Of a DNA stretch of 64,000 bases, positions 1-9,810 are shown piece by piece. Position 1 is the first letter of the stretch, and every line of letters begins with the position of its first letter. A model generated the notes under the pieces. That model saw nothing but the letters and a program-made list of their open reading frames with translations. It was not told where the DNA came from and did no database searches. Origin of the DNA: Escherichia phage Ptacy1496; sequence record PQ863253.1; one strand, given 5' to 3'. The translations under genes were made by a program, and so were the position numbers.

Positions 1-123
1 AACCCATTTGCAGAATCCGCTGCTCAGGCTCCGGCTTCTCGCATCCAGAGCGGTATGCCTTCTATTCTGAATAGCCTTGGTAAAAACGCTTACTTCCGCC
101 GTGTATATGTTAAAGGTATCTAA
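1..123 (+). CDS. 23: Major capsid protein gp23, C-terminal fragment (5' end outside window)
   Basis: Frame 1 translates to ...NPFAESAAQAPASRIQSGMPSILNSLGKNAYFRRVYVKGI then TAA at 121-123; sits directly upstream of gene 24 as in T4. Confidence 0.85.
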   Translation, partial: NPFAESAAQAPASRIQSGMPSILNSLGKNAYFRRVYVKGI

Positions 124-137
124 TCTTTGACGATTTA

Positions 138-166
138 AGGGACCTTCGGGTCCCTTTAGTTGTTTT
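138..166 (+). terminator. Stem-loop GGGACC-TTCG-GGTCCC followed by T-rich run, after gene 23
   Basis: Inverted repeat with UUCG tetraloop and downstream TTTAGTTGTTTTT. Confidence 0.6.
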
Positions 167-171
167 TATGG

Positions 172-179
172 TATAAATA
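172..179 (+). promoter_or_regulatory. T4-type late promoter (TATAAATA) for gene 24
   Basis: Exact TATAAATA about 28 nt upstream of gene 24 ATG. Confidence 0.75.
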
Positions 180-206
180 AATCATATAAACTGAAAGGAA
201 AGCGCA

Positions 207-1490
207 ATGGCTAAAATCAACGAACTTCTGCGCGAATCAACCACAACGAATAGCAACTCAATCGGTCGCCCAAATCTCGTTGCTTTGACTCGCGCTACCA
301 CTAAATTAATATATTCTGACATTGTAGCAACGCAAAGAACTAATCAACCTGTTGCTGCTTTTTATGGTATCAAATACCTTAACCCAGACAATGAATTTAC
401 ATTTAAAACTGGTGCTACTTATGCTGGCGAAGCTGGATATGTAGACCGAGAACAAATCACAGAATTAACAGAAGAGTCTAAATTAACTCTCAATAAGGGC
501 GATTTATTCAAATATAATAATATCGTTTATAAAGTATTAGAAGATACACCATTTGCTGATATTGAAGAAAGCGATTTAGAATTAGCTCTTCAGATTGCAA
601 TTGTTCTTTTAAAGGTTCGTCTATTTTCTGACGCAGCGTCAACAAGCAAATTTGAAAGCTCTGATAGTGAAATTGCGGATGCTAGATTCCAGATTAATAA
701 ATGGCAAACCGCAGTTAAATCTCGTAAACTTAAAACTGGTATCACAGTTGAATTAGCACAAGATTTAGAAGCAAATGGATTCGATGCTCCTAATTTCTTG
801 GAAGATTTGCTTGCAACTGAAATGGCAGATGAAATCAATAAAGATATTCTGCAGTCTTTGATTACAGTGTCAAAACGCTATAAAGTTACAGGAATTACTG
901 ATACTGGATTCATCGATTTGAGTTATGCATCTGCACCTGAAGCTGGTCGTTCATTATACCGAATGGTATGTGAAATGGTTTCGCATATCCAAAAAGAATC
1001 AACTTATACAGCAACGTTCTGTGTTGCTTCAGCTCGTGCTGCTGCGATTCTTGCTGCATCAGGTTGGTTAAAACATAAACCAGAAGATGACAAATATCTT
1101 TCACAAAATGCCTACGGGTTCTTAGCTAATGGTTTACCGCTTTATTGCGATACCAACAGTCCATTAGATTATGTAATCGTTGGCGTAGTAGAAAATATTG
1201 GTGAAAAAGAAATTGTTGGATCAATTTTCTATGCTCCGTATACAGAAGGTCTTGACTTAGATGACCCTGAACATGTAGGTGCATTTAAAGTTGTAGTTGA
1301 TCCAGAAAGTTTGCAGCCATCTATCGGTTTATTAGTTAGATATGCTTTATCTGCAAATCCTTACACTGTAGCAAAAGATGAAAAAGAAGCAAGAGTAATT
1401 GATGGTGGAGATATGGATAAAATGGCGGGTCGTTCAGATTTGTCTGTTTTATTAGGTGTTAAGCTACCAAAAATTATCATTGATGAATAA
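207..1490 (+). CDS. 24: Head vertex protein gp24
   Basis: 427 aa ORF; sequence recognised as T4 gp24, position after gene 23. Confidence 0.95.
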   Translation: MAKINELLRESTTTNSNSIGRPNLVALTRATTKLIYSDIVATQRTNQPVAAFYGIKYLNPDNEFTFKTGATYAGEAGYVDREQITELTEESKLTLNKGDLFKYNNIVYKVLEDTPFADIEESDLELALQIAIVLLKVRLFSDAASTSKFESSDSEIADARFQINKWQTAVKSRKLKTGITVELAQDLEANGFDAPNFLEDLLATEMADEINKDILQSLITVSKRYKVTGITDTGFIDLSYASAPEAGRSLYRMVCEMVSHIQKESTYTATFCVASARAAAILAASGWLKHKPEDDKYLSQNAYGFLANGLPLYCDTNSPLDYVIVGVVENIGEKEIVGSIFYAPYTEGLDLDDPEHVGAFKVVVDPESLQPSIGLLVRYALSANPYTVAKDEKEARVIDGGDMDKMAGRSDLSVLLGVKLPKIIIDE

Positions 1491-1496
1491 AACAAA

Positions 1497-1518
1497 GGGA
1501 CCGAAAGGTCCCTTTTTA
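1497..1518. terminator. Bidirectional stem-loop GGGACC-GAAA-GGTCCC flanked by T-runs on both strands, between gene 24 and rnlB
   Basis: Perfect 6 bp inverted repeat with U-rich flanks in either orientation; convergent genes. Confidence 0.6.
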
Positions 1519-1519
1519 T

Positions 1520-2524
1520 TTAACTTACCAATTCAATCCAAGCCGGACGAAGTACATCTTGTACCATTTTAACTAATTCCTTCTTAATCAAAGAAGGATT
1601 ATCCGCTTGAGTTAGAGTAATACCTTCACGAGAAGTTTCTTCCAAAATATCTTGAACAGTTAGCCCCATCACCTTTCCAAAATCTTTTGGACCAATTTCA
1701 CCAATTTTAGAAATAACGTTATTTACTCGGTTCAGTGTAACGTAACAAGCTAAAATTCCAACCAATTTGTTATCAGCTTCTGACAGTTCAACTTTAGCTT
1801 TAATAGGCTTATCAGACTTTTTCTTTTCACTAAATTTAGAGTTCTTGCATTTGATAGCTACGCGATTGCCATTAGGCATCCAAGAAGGATAACAAGGTTT
1901 CAATACATATCCTTCAGCGGTAAATACTTCGCCTTTTACTTCAGCATTCCAAACGCATTTATTTGCATCAACTAATCCAGCATGGTCTACCGTAAAATTA
2001 TAATCCTGGACGACAGAATCTAAATCATTTGGCAATTTAATAAGTTCTTCAAATTTACCACGACCTAAAAGTGGAGCCATTTTAAATTTAAATGTATTAC
2101 AAAATGATTCCATCATATAATCATCGACATAAGTCACATCACCACTTTCTGTAGTGACAATAATGTCAAATACATAAAAATCTTTATCGCCATAATCGAC
2201 ATTCTTCTGAATGCCAGGTCCAGCGAATTCACCAAAGACTTGATAAGATACAACCGCTGAGGTTTCCATAATATCTTGTACTGCTTTAATAGAATCTTCG
2301 TAATTCTTTAGAATAATTTCATACCCAAAGAAATCTTCAGCAGGAAGAATCGGTCCAGTACGTTTAGCGCAAGTTACTTTATCACGCTCAATAATCAATG
2401 AGAAATTTGTGCCGTGAATCTTTTCACGAGCTACCCACTCCCCACCAGTCAATCCCAAGCTATAAAGTTTTTCAATAAATTTAGAGTTGTAATGATTTTC
2501 AAGACTGCTATACTTTTTAAACAT
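1520..2524 (-). CDS. rnlB: RNA ligase 2
   Basis: 334 aa; KIHG nucleotidyltransferase lysine motif near N-terminus; recognised as T4 Rnl2. Confidence 0.93.
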   Translation of the reverse strand: MFKKYSSLENHYNSKFIEKLYSLGLTGGEWVAREKIHGTNFSLIIERDKVTCAKRTGPILPAEDFFGYEIILKNYEDSIKAVQDIMETSAVVSYQVFGEFAGPGIQKNVDYGDKDFYVFDIIVTTESGDVTYVDDYMMESFCNTFKFKMAPLLGRGKFEELIKLPNDLDSVVQDYNFTVDHAGLVDANKCVWNAEVKGEVFTAEGYVLKPCYPSWMPNGNRVAIKCKNSKFSEKKKSDKPIKAKVELSEADNKLVGILACYVTLNRVNNVISKIGEIGPKDFGKVMGLTVQDILEETSREGITLTQADNPSLIKKELVKMVQDVLRPAWIELVS

Positions 2525-2533
2525 AATTAATCC

Positions 2534-2812
2534 TCAAAATGTAATTTCTAACCAATCACCATCACGCTGATCACTATTGACTTTAAAGCTGAATCCTTCT
2601 TTTCTCAGCCAATCACCAATTTCTTCAGTAATCAATTTATCACGAGCAATACAATAATAACTAAAATGTGTTTTACCTTGTTCAGCTGCTTTATTAGCAA
2701 GTTCCGAAAAATCTTTAATAAAACACTCTAGCTTAAACTGTTTACTTTTAAGTGCTTTTTCGCGCAATTGATTAGCAAAAGATTCATTTTCATAAAGATC
2801 ATACTGTTCCAT
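2534..2812 (-). CDS. Hypothetical protein (24.2 position)
   Basis: 92 aa ORF, tight packing with neighbours. Confidence 0.6.
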   Translation of the reverse strand: MEQYDLYENESFANQLREKALKSKQFKLECFIKDFSELANKAAEQGKTHFSYYCIARDKLITEEIGDWLRKEGFSFKVNSDQRDGDWLEITF

Positions 2813-3014
2813 TTTTCACCTTTTTATTGATATGTCTTTTTCTATAGACGACTTTTTCTCGAGTTTCAAATTTATTTTTAGCAGTCATAGCTCGAGCCCA
2901 TAATACAGCCACTTCTTTTGCCTGTAAGTTTAATTCACGAGCAATTTCAATGAATGACTTTCCAGACTCATGAAGAGTAAACACCACAACCTCAGTTCTC
3001 ATAATCAATCTCAT
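2799..3014 (-). CDS. Hypothetical small basic protein, possible HTH (24.3 position)
   Basis: 71 aa ORF overlapping the upstream ORF end by a few codons. Confidence 0.55.
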   Translation of the reverse strand: MRLIMRTEVVVFTLHESGKSFIEIARELNLQAKEVAVLWARAMTAKNKFETREKVVYRKRHINKKVKNGTV

Positions 3015-3082
3015 GTTATCGAGTTGGTGCCATTATATACATCATTTTCTGATTGTGTTTTGTGTGCTTTCAAAATGAAGAA

Positions 3083-3096
3083 AGGGGCCGAAGCCC
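3083..3096 (-). terminator. GGGGC-UUCG-GCCCC hairpin downstream of hoc, followed by U-rich tract on minus strand
   Basis: Inverted repeat with UUCG loop immediately 3' of hoc stop. Confidence 0.5.
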
Positions 3097-3103
3097 CTTA
3101 TGA

Positions 3104-4522
3104 TTATGGATAGGTATAGATGATACCAGTTTCTAAAGCAGTTTTATGAATGATGTATCCATTACGCGATTCTTGAACATCAACTTCTGGATAGTCTTTC
3201 ATCATCTTCTGAAGAGTGTAACGATGTAGGTAATATTTACTATCTGGGTCGTCAGTTTTCCAATCTTTACCTTCTTCGGTCATTTTTTGGATTTCATCCA
3301 TAACCCACCAACCGCACCAGATATAAGCTGAAGTACGATGTGGAAGAGGATGAACATAAGGTAGTTCACCTTCTGGTTCTGGAGCAACTTTATCAGTTAC
3401 CTGAACTTGACCTTCTGCTGTAATAGTTTTGCTATCGTAATCAGTTGCAGTAACGACAGCAGTAACTTCAATAGTTTGACTTCCAACAGATGAGGTATCG
3501 ACAGTATATACGTTAGTTGACCCTTCTACAGGAGAAGAATCTTTCTTCCATGAGTAAGTAATTTGTGCTTCTTCTGGAGCACCCGTAACATTAGCCGTAA
3601 ATGTAGCCGGAGCATCTTGCTGAACATTAATAGAAGGAGGAGTCAATGTAACCTGTGGATTCATTGTCTTCTTATTAACTGTCAATGATACTTCATTAGA
3701 AGTAACTTCCTTTTCATTGTAATTTTCAGCAGTTACTTGGGCTACGCATTTAATTCTTTTTACTCCACTTGTAGTTGGAGTATAGCTAAATGTAGAGTTA
3801 GTTTCTCCACCAACTTGTGAATCATCTACATACCACTGATACGTAGCAGACGCTCCATCAGGTTGAGAAGCTAAGGCAGCAGTAAATTGAACTGGGGTTC
3901 CGATTACTCCCGCTGGAGGACTATCAGGAGTTACTGCCAAAGTAGTTGTCTGCGTCTTTTTATTAACAGTCAGTGACACTTCATTGGAAGTAACTTCCTT
4001 TGTATCATAATCTGTCGCGGTTACTTGAGCTACGCACTTAATTGTTTTAACTCCGCTTGCGTCAGGAGTGTAATTGAATGTAGTGCTAGTTGCTTCGCCC
4101 ACAGGAGAACCGTCAACGTACCATTGATACGTAGCGTTTGCACCTGATGGCTGTGAAGCTAAGGCAGCGGTAAATTCAATTGGAGTTCCAATCACTCCAG
4201 CATCAGGGCTACCAGGAGTTACTGCCAAAGTAGTTGTTTGTGTCTTATTTTGAACTGTGATAGTTGTACTAATTTCAGCTGTTTCAGGTTCAGATTCTGC
4301 AACTTGATTGGTTGCAACTACTTTAATAGTCTTTTGACCGGCAGGTCCTTTTAGTACATAACTAAAAGTTGCTGACGTTTCTTCCTGTGGAGCGTCGTCT
4401 ACAGTCCAAGCATATGTAATAGTTCCGCCTCCAGTTTCACCACTGGGTGTAGCAGTAAACTGCTTAGTTTCATCAATAACCCCTGTCGGTGTTTTAGGAG
4501 TTATATCAACTGTAAAAGTCAT
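3104..4522 (-). CDS. hoc: Highly immunogenic outer capsid protein Hoc, 472 aa variant with an additional Ig-like domain
   Basis: N- and C-terminal regions recognised as T4 Hoc (remembered as about 376 aa); internal tandem duplication of an Ig-like module. Confidence 0.9.
   Translation of the reverse strand: MTFTVDITPKTPTGVIDETKQFTATPSGETGGGTITYAWTVDDAPQEETSATFSYVLKGPAGQKTIKVVATNQVAESEPETAEISTTITVQNKTQTTTLAVTPGSPDAGVIGTPIEFTAALASQPSGANATYQWYVDGSPVGEATSTTFNYTPDASGVKTIKCVAQVTATDYDTKEVTSNEVSLTVNKKTQTTTLAVTPDSPPAGVIGTPVQFTAALASQPDGASATYQWYVDDSQVGGETNSTFSYTPTTSGVKRIKCVAQVTAENYNEKEVTSNEVSLTVNKKTMNPQVTLTPPSINVQQDAPATFTANVTGAPEEAQITYSWKKDSSPVEGSTNVYTVDTSSVGSQTIEVTAVVTATDYDSKTITAEGQVQVTDKVAPEPEGELPYVHPLPHRTSAYIWCGWWVMDEIQKMTEEGKDWKTDDPDSKYYLHRYTLQKMMKDYPEVDVQESRNGYIIHKTALETGIIYTYP
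3665..4250. repeat. Diverged tandem duplication (two units of about 290 bp) inside hoc encoding repeated Ig-like domains
   Basis: Two adjacent units align over their whole length, e.g. shared ...ccattgatacgtagc...gctaaggcagc(a/g)gtaaatt...ccaggagttactgccaaagtagttgt... Confidence 0.8.
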
Positions 4523-4531
4523 AAGTTATCC

Positions 4532-5212
4532 TTATTTTAATGTTACGAAAGAAGAGTTGCGTGTTTCACGAATTAGAACTGATCCGTCACGGTTAATGTA
4601 ATAAATTAAGCTAAATAAAGTTTGGTGTGCTGACGCATGTTCAAAACTAGTTGGGTGAGATTTCCAATCAGGAGTTTCAGCAATCCATTGATAAATCCAC
4701 CAAGGAACAGTACAGAATCCTGGATTTTTTCCAATCAACTGAAGATTCGGGCTAAAGTTTTCCGGAAGAGTAAATACAGACGGCTTTTCAGATTCAATAA
4801 TCTCAGCTACAGCCTGTTCAAATTTTTCTTCAACAAATGGAGTATCTTCAATCAAAACATCGGTATTTTCAGGAATTTTATCTGTTTCTACTACTTCAAT
4901 TTTAATGTCAGATTTAACCGGAGAATCAATCAAAAGTGCTGCTTCTGGATTGACTTCTTCATCGTCATATTTTAACCCCTCTGCAGCATCAGCAGCATCA
5001 ATTAAGTCTTTAATAGATAACCCATCAGTCTCCGGCATAGGTTCACTAGCGAGCTTCTGGAGAGCTTCTTCAATATCATTAACGATATTATCAAAAGATT
5101 TATTCTTTTTGACCTTTATACCAAACTGTTCAGCATATTCAGCTAATTTAGCTTTAGCTTCTTTATTATCATCAAGAGCCTTCAGCTCTGCAATATAATC
5201 TTTATCTATCAT
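4532..5212 (-). CDS. inh: Inhibitor of prohead protease Inh
   Basis: 226 aa; sequence and position match T4 inh. Confidence 0.85.
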   Translation of the reverse strand: MIDKDYIAELKALDDNKEAKAKLAEYAEQFGIKVKKNKSFDNIVNDIEEALQKLASEPMPETDGLSIKDLIDAADAAEGLKYDDEEVNPEAALLIDSPVKSDIKIEVVETDKIPENTDVLIEDTPFVEEKFEQAVAEIIESEKPSVFTLPENFSPNLQLIGKNPGFCTVPWWIYQWIAETPDWKSHPTSFEHASAHQTLFSLIYYINRDGSVLIRETRNSSFVTLK

Positions 5213-5225
5213 AATATTTCCTCAG

Positions 5226-5233
5226 TATAAATA
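5226..5233 (+). promoter_or_regulatory. Late promoter TATAAATA upstream of uvsW
   Basis: Exact TATAAATA 30 nt upstream of uvsW ATG. Confidence 0.6.
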
Positions 5234-5262
5234 TAGATATATTTATTACATGGTATTTAGAC

Positions 5263-6774
5263 ATGACTGACATTAAAGTACATTTTTATGATTTTAGTCA
5301 CGTGAGAATTGATTGCGAAGAAAGTACATTTCATGAACTCCGTGATTTCTTTAGCTTTGAAGCTGATGGGTATCGTTTTAATCCGAAGTACAAATATGGC
5401 CACTGGGATGGACGAATTCGTCTTTTAGATTATAATCGCCTTCTTCCATTCGGTTTAGTCGGGCAAATTAAAAAGTTCTGCGATAACTTTGGCTATAAAG
5501 CCTGGATTGACCCACAGATTAACGAAAAAGAAGAATTATCAAGAAAAGATTTTGATGAATGGCTTTCTAAATTAGAAATCTATTCAGGAAATAAAAGAAT
5601 TGAACCGCATTGGTATCAAAAAGATGCAGTGTTCGAAGGATTAGTTAATCGTCGTAGAATTCTTAATCTTCCAACATCCGCTGGTAAATCGTTAATTCAA
5701 GCTTTGCTTGCGCGATATTATTTGGAAAATTATGAAGGTAAAATTCTTATCATTGTTCCAACAACTGCTCTAACAACTCAGATGGCTGATGACTTCGTTG
5801 ACTATCGTTTATTCAGTCATGCAATGATAAAGAAAATTGGTGGCGGAGCATCAAAAGATGATAAATATAAAAATGATGCACCAGTCGTTGTTGGTACATG
5901 GCAAACTGTAGTAAAACAACCGAAAGAATGGTTCTCACAGTTTGGAATGATGATGAATGATGAATGCCATCTTGCTACAGGAAAAAGTATTTCATCTATC
6001 ATATCAGGTTTAAATAACTGCATGTTCAAATTTGGTCTATCTGGTTCATTACGTGATGGCAAAGCCAATATCATGCAGTATGTTGGAATGTTTGGTGAAA
6101 TATTTAAGCCAGTAACGACTTCTAAGTTAATGGAAGATGGACAAGTAACTGAGCTAAAAATTAATAGTATTTTTCTTCGCTATCCCGATGAGTTCACTAC
6201 TAAATTAAAGGGAAAAACTTATCAAGAAGAAATAAAAATTATTACGGGGCTTAGTAAAAGAAATAAATGGATCGCTAAATTGGCTATTAAGCTTGCACAA
6301 AAAGATGAAAACGCTTTTGTCATGTTTAAACATGTATCACATGGTAAAGCTATTTTCGATTTAATTAAAAATGAATACGATAAAGTTTATTACGTATCAG
6401 GGGAAGTTGATACCGAAACCCGCAATATAATGAAAACCTTAGCTGAAAATGGTAAAGGAATAATTATAGTAGCTAGTTATGGTGTATTTTCTACTGGTAT
6501 TTCAGTTAAAAATCTGCATCACGTTGTTTTAGCGCACGGTGTTAAATCAAAAATCATTGTATTACAAACAATCGGTCGTGTATTACGTAAGCATGGTTCT
6601 AAAACAATCGCAACAGTCTGGGACCTCATAGATGACTGTGGTGTCAAGCCAAAATCTGCTAATACTAAAAAGAAATATGTTCACTTGAACTATCTTTTAA
6701 AACACGGCATTGATCGTATTCAGCGCTACGCAGATGAAAAATTTAATTACGTAATGAAAACAGTTAATTTATAA
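5263..6774 (+). CDS. uvsW: UvsW RNA-DNA and DNA helicase (SF2 ATPase)
   Basis: 503 aa; Walker A-like PTSAGKS and DEAD-like DECH motifs; recognised as T4 UvsW. Confidence 0.93.
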   Translation: MTDIKVHFYDFSHVRIDCEESTFHELRDFFSFEADGYRFNPKYKYGHWDGRIRLLDYNRLLPFGLVGQIKKFCDNFGYKAWIDPQINEKEELSRKDFDEWLSKLEIYSGNKRIEPHWYQKDAVFEGLVNRRRILNLPTSAGKSLIQALLARYYLENYEGKILIIVPTTALTTQMADDFVDYRLFSHAMIKKIGGGASKDDKYKNDAPVVVGTWQTVVKQPKEWFSQFGMMMNDECHLATGKSISSIISGLNNCMFKFGLSGSLRDGKANIMQYVGMFGEIFKPVTTSKLMEDGQVTELKINSIFLRYPDEFTTKLKGKTYQEEIKIITGLSKRNKWIAKLAIKLAQKDENAFVMFKHVSHGKAIFDLIKNEYDKVYYVSGEVDTETRNIMKTLAENGKGIIIVASYGVFSTGISVKNLHHVVLAHGVKSKIIVLQTIGRVLRKHGSKTIATVWDLIDDCGVKPKSANTKKKYVHLNYLLKHGIDRIQRYADEKFNYVMKTVNL

Positions 6775-6799
6775 GGGCTTCGGCCCTTTGGAGAAAAAG

Positions 6800-7030
6800 A
6801 TGTTACTAGAATTTAAACAATTTCTTTATGAAGCTTCTATTGATGAATTTATGGGTAAAATTGCCTCTTGTCAAACATTAGAAGGTTTAGAAGAACTTGA
6901 AGCTTATTATAAGAAAAGAGTTAAAGAAACTGAATTAAAAGATACTGATGACATCTCAGTCAGAGATGCTTTGGCAGGAAAAAGAGCTGAATTAGAAGAT
7001 TCAGACGATGAAGTAGAAGAAAGCTTTTAA
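6800..7030 (+). CDS. uvsW.1: UvsW.1 small acidic protein
   Basis: 76 aa from first ATG (the ORF track start is an upstream TTG); preceded by GGGC-UUCG-GCCC hairpin and GGAG RBS. Confidence 0.75.
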   Translation: MLLEFKQFLYEASIDEFMGKIASCQTLEGLEELEAYYKKRVKETELKDTDDISVRDALAGKRAELEDSDDEVEESF

Positions 7031-7085
7031 ATTAAAAAAGGCCCAACCAAAAAGGAAGGGCCAAAACTATAGACTAAAGGTCACA

Positions 7086-7253
7086 CTATAGCAAAAGTTG
7101 CGTTTCATTTAATTGTTCTTCCGAACTTTCTGAAACTGGTAGTTCTTTAATGTAATTATAGCAAGGCCCAGGATGTACAGGACCTTTGTCTGTTTCAACA
7201 ACCAATGCAGAATCGATTGGAGTTTTACAGACAACACAAATCTTATCTGACAT
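7086..7253 (-). CDS. Small Cys-containing protein, 55 aa (uvsY.-2 position); absent from the ORF track because under 60 aa
   Basis: Hand translation MSDKICVVCKTPIDSALVVETDKGPVHPGPCYNYIKELPVSESSEEQLNETQLLL; strong GAGGAG RBS 6 nt upstream of the ATG. Confidence 0.55.
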   Translation of the reverse strand: MSDKICVVCKTPIDSALVVETDKGPVHPGPCYNYIKELPVSESSEEQLNETQLLL

Positions 7254-7281
7254 GATTGTCTCCTCTGAATTATATATCTAT

Positions 7282-7506
7282 TTATACAACTCTCATATGC
7301 ATATCAATGCCCATATCTTTAGAATAAAAATATTCATCAAGATATCCGGCAAATTTTCCTTTAATATAAAGAACATCTTCACCGCACGGGTGGTCGGCCA
7401 GGATACGAATATCCTGACGCTTAAGATTATGCTTTTTCATTAAGAATTGAATTTCCGTTTCAAATTCTTCTTCATAATTAAAAGCATCATCAATGTTATA
7501 TCTCAT
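7282..7506 (-). CDS. Hypothetical protein (uvsY.-1 position)
   Basis: 74 aa ORF abutting uvsY stop. Confidence 0.6.
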   Translation of the reverse strand: MRYNIDDAFNYEEEFETEIQFLMKKHNLKRQDIRILADHPCGEDVLYIKGKFAGYLDEYFYSKDMGIDMHMRVV

Positions 7507-7919
7507 TATTTTCCAGCCTCAAATGCTCGCATGTCTTGAATATGCTTAATAGCAAATCCACGTGATTTAATAGCATCAAGAGCTCCGCTACAGAAATCTA
7601 ATAAAATCCCCCAATACTGTAACGAGGTATCAACCTTTAAAACATCCTTATCAGCTGATAGAACTGTCTTCATTTCTGATTTCTCGTAACGATCCATACT
7701 AAATTCATCACCATCTCCTCGTCCCGAGTAGTAGTCTAATTTAGCTTTAAGAGCAACTTTTTTCTGTGCTTCAATTCTAAGCATTTCCTTTTTAATACTT
7801 GAATGCTTATTAAGCCATTTACTATATAACATCACATTATTAGCTGCTTCATACTGTAATTTAGTCGAATCTATAAACACATCTTTCTTCAATTCTTCTT
7901 GAAGATCTTCTAATCTCAT
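7506..7919 (-). CDS. uvsY: Recombination mediator UvsY
   Basis: 137 aa; recognised as T4 UvsY. Confidence 0.93.
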   Translation of the reverse strand: MRLEDLQEELKKDVFIDSTKLQYEAANNVMLYSKWLNKHSSIKKEMLRIEAQKKVALKAKLDYYSGRGDGDEFSMDRYEKSEMKTVLSADKDVLKVDTSLQYWGILLDFCSGALDAIKSRGFAIKHIQDMRAFEAGK

Positions 7920-7985
7920 ATTGTTCTCTATTCAATTGTTATTGGATGGACTTAGATTCATTATACCACGTTTATACGTGAAGCA

Positions 7986-8384
7986 TTATACTCTATTACT
8001 GGAAGCCAGTTGTAGTTTTATCTGCTCAATATCATCAGGGTTATCGATGACTGAAAAGCGTATTTCTACTATCAAAGTATAATCATCATAAACCGGTATT
8101 ACATTAACTGCTAATTTATCAATACGTGGCTCATAGTTTCTTACTGCGCTTTCGATATTACGCTCAACCGTGTCAGCAGTAAGAGGAGTCATATTCTCAA
8201 AAAGTTGGTCAGATAAATCGCATCCAAATTCAGGGTCAAACGGTCTTGAACCTTTTCTTGTTGTAATAATTCCTAAAAGACTATTTTTAATTGACCTTAA
8301 TCCAAGTGATCTTGAAACGTCTTTGTTCCAATCCATTTTCATCTCTGGGTCAATATCAGAATAAAGCTTATTAATATTTGCCAT
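7986..8384 (-). CDS. 25: Baseplate wedge protein gp25
   Basis: 132 aa; recognised as T4 gp25. Confidence 0.93.
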   Translation of the reverse strand: MANINKLYSDIDPEMKMDWNKDVSRSLGLRSIKNSLLGIITTRKGSRPFDPEFGCDLSDQLFENMTPLTADTVERNIESAVRNYEPRIDKLAVNVIPVYDDYTLIVEIRFSVIDNPDDIEQIKLQLASSNRV

Positions 8385-9010
8385 TACAATAGCTCAAAGA
8401 ATTCTTTGAGTCCTCTTATTACATGAGCGTGAGTTTTTCCACACTCTGGACATTTAATTGGAACAGCCAAATAAACAGTAGGCTTTAAAAGCATATCTTT
8501 TATAGCTACAATATCTGACTCTGTGATGATAGAATATAAATCTTCTAGTTCCTTTTCATTTAAGTTTTCAACTGGAATGCTTTCCCCGTTAGCATGAATC
8601 GTTTCTATACATGATACTATCATGTGGGCTATATTTTTATCATCAAAAATTTTAGGGTATCGGAATTTAATTTTAATGTCACCCAGTGTATACCAAAGGT
8701 CTTCTGGTGCATCTATTTGTGTATGTAATAGATTTATATGGGTTGGTATTTTAGTTCCGCAGGTGCACTTCCAGGAGTTTTCGTGATTAACTTCTCCAAG
8801 AGAATGCGCCCATAAATGAATCAACAATAGTTCTGATTCTTGGCGATTTAAATCTTTTGCATTTGTGCAGTCTTTGATTAGCTTTTTAACAATTACTTCT
8901 ACAGAACCATTATTTTTGGCAGTAATAAGTTCTAGATATTCTTTAAGAGTAAATGCGCGACAGTTGATTATTTTAGAACCAACTCTCACATCAAATTTGT
9001 ATTCATACAT
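8384..9010 (-). CDS. 26: Baseplate hub protein gp26
   Basis: 208 aa; position between 25 and 51. Confidence 0.85.
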   Translation of the reverse strand: MYEYKFDVRVGSKIINCRAFTLKEYLELITAKNNGSVEVIVKKLIKDCTNAKDLNRQESELLLIHLWAHSLGEVNHENSWKCTCGTKIPTHINLLHTQIDAPEDLWYTLGDIKIKFRYPKIFDDKNIAHMIVSCIETIHANGESIPVENLNEKELEDLYSIITESDIVAIKDMLLKPTVYLAVPIKCPECGKTHAHVIRGLKEFFELL

Positions 9011-9031
9011 ATTTAGCTCCTTTATTTATCA

Positions 9032-9043
9032 TATTTATAAATA
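9032..9043. promoter_or_regulatory. Divergent overlapping late promoters (TATAAATA on both strands) between genes 26 and 51
   Basis: tatttataaata contains TATAAATA on plus (9036-9043) and minus (9032-9039) strands. Confidence 0.65.
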
Positions 9044-9060
9044 GAATAAAAGGAGCATCT

Positions 9061-9810
9061 ATGGCAAACATTATTCGTTGTAAATTACCAGATGGTGTTC
9101 ATCGTTTTAAACCATTTACGGTAGAAGATTATCGAGATTTTTTGTTAGTTCGAAACGATATAGAGCATCGGTCACCACAAGAACAAAAAGAAATAATTAC
9201 TGATTTAATTGATGATTATTTTGGAGACTATCCGAAGACTTGGCAACCATTTATATTTTTGCAGGTATTTGTAGGTTCAATAGGTAAAACTAAAGTACCA
9301 GTCACATTTGTATGTCCAAAATGTAAAAAAGAAAAGACAGTTCCATTTGAAATATATCAAAAAGAATTAAAGGAACCTATTTTTGATGTAGCTAATGTTA
9401 AAATTAAATTAAATTTTCCTTCTGAGTTTTATGAAAATAAAGCAAAGATGATTACTGAAAATATTCATTCTGTTCAAGTAGATGAAATGTGGTATGATTG
9501 GAAGGAAATTAGTGAATCGAGTCAAATAGAACTTGTTGACGCCATCGAGATAGAAACATTAGAAAAAATTCTCGATGCAATGAATCCTATTAATTTAACA
9601 TTGCACATGTCGTGTTGTGATAAGTACATTAAAAAATACACTGATATAGTAGATGTGTTTAAGCTATTAGTTAATCCAGATGAGATATTTACTTTTTATC
9701 AAATTAATCACACGCTTGTAAAAAGTAATTATAGCTTAAATTCAATAATGAAAATGATTCCTGCCGAGCGCGGATTCGTATTAAAACTGATTGAGAAGGA
9801 TAAACAATAA
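9061..9810 (+). CDS. 51: Baseplate hub assembly protein gp51
   Basis: 249 aa; position and size as T4 gp51. Confidence 0.85.
   Translation: MANIIRCKLPDGVHRFKPFTVEDYRDFLLVRNDIEHRSPQEQKEIITDLIDDYFGDYPKTWQPFIFLQVFVGSIGKTKVPVTFVCPKCKKEKTVPFEIYQKELKEPIFDVANVKIKLNFPSEFYENKAKMITENIHSVQVDEMWYDWKEISESSQIELVDAIEIETLEKILDAMNPINLTLHMSCCDKYIKKYTDIVDVFKLLVNPDEIFTFYQINHTLVKSNYSLNSIMKMIPAERGFVLKLIEKDKQ

Noticed and set aside
590-1104. Minus-strand ORFs (82 aa and 64 aa) inside gene 24
   Set aside because: Fully embedded antisense to a well-supported structural gene; no RBS; typical spurious ORFs.
4637-5198. Plus-strand ORFs (112 aa and 97 aa) overlapping inh
   Set aside because: Low-complexity translations antisense to inh; no RBS or promoter context.
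6774-6800. GGGC-UUCG-GCCC hairpin after uvsW considered as a terminator
   Set aside because: Followed by UUUGGAG and an ATG rather than a U-run; more likely an intercistronic stability element ahead of an RBS. The same applies at 53668-53690 ahead of gene 38.
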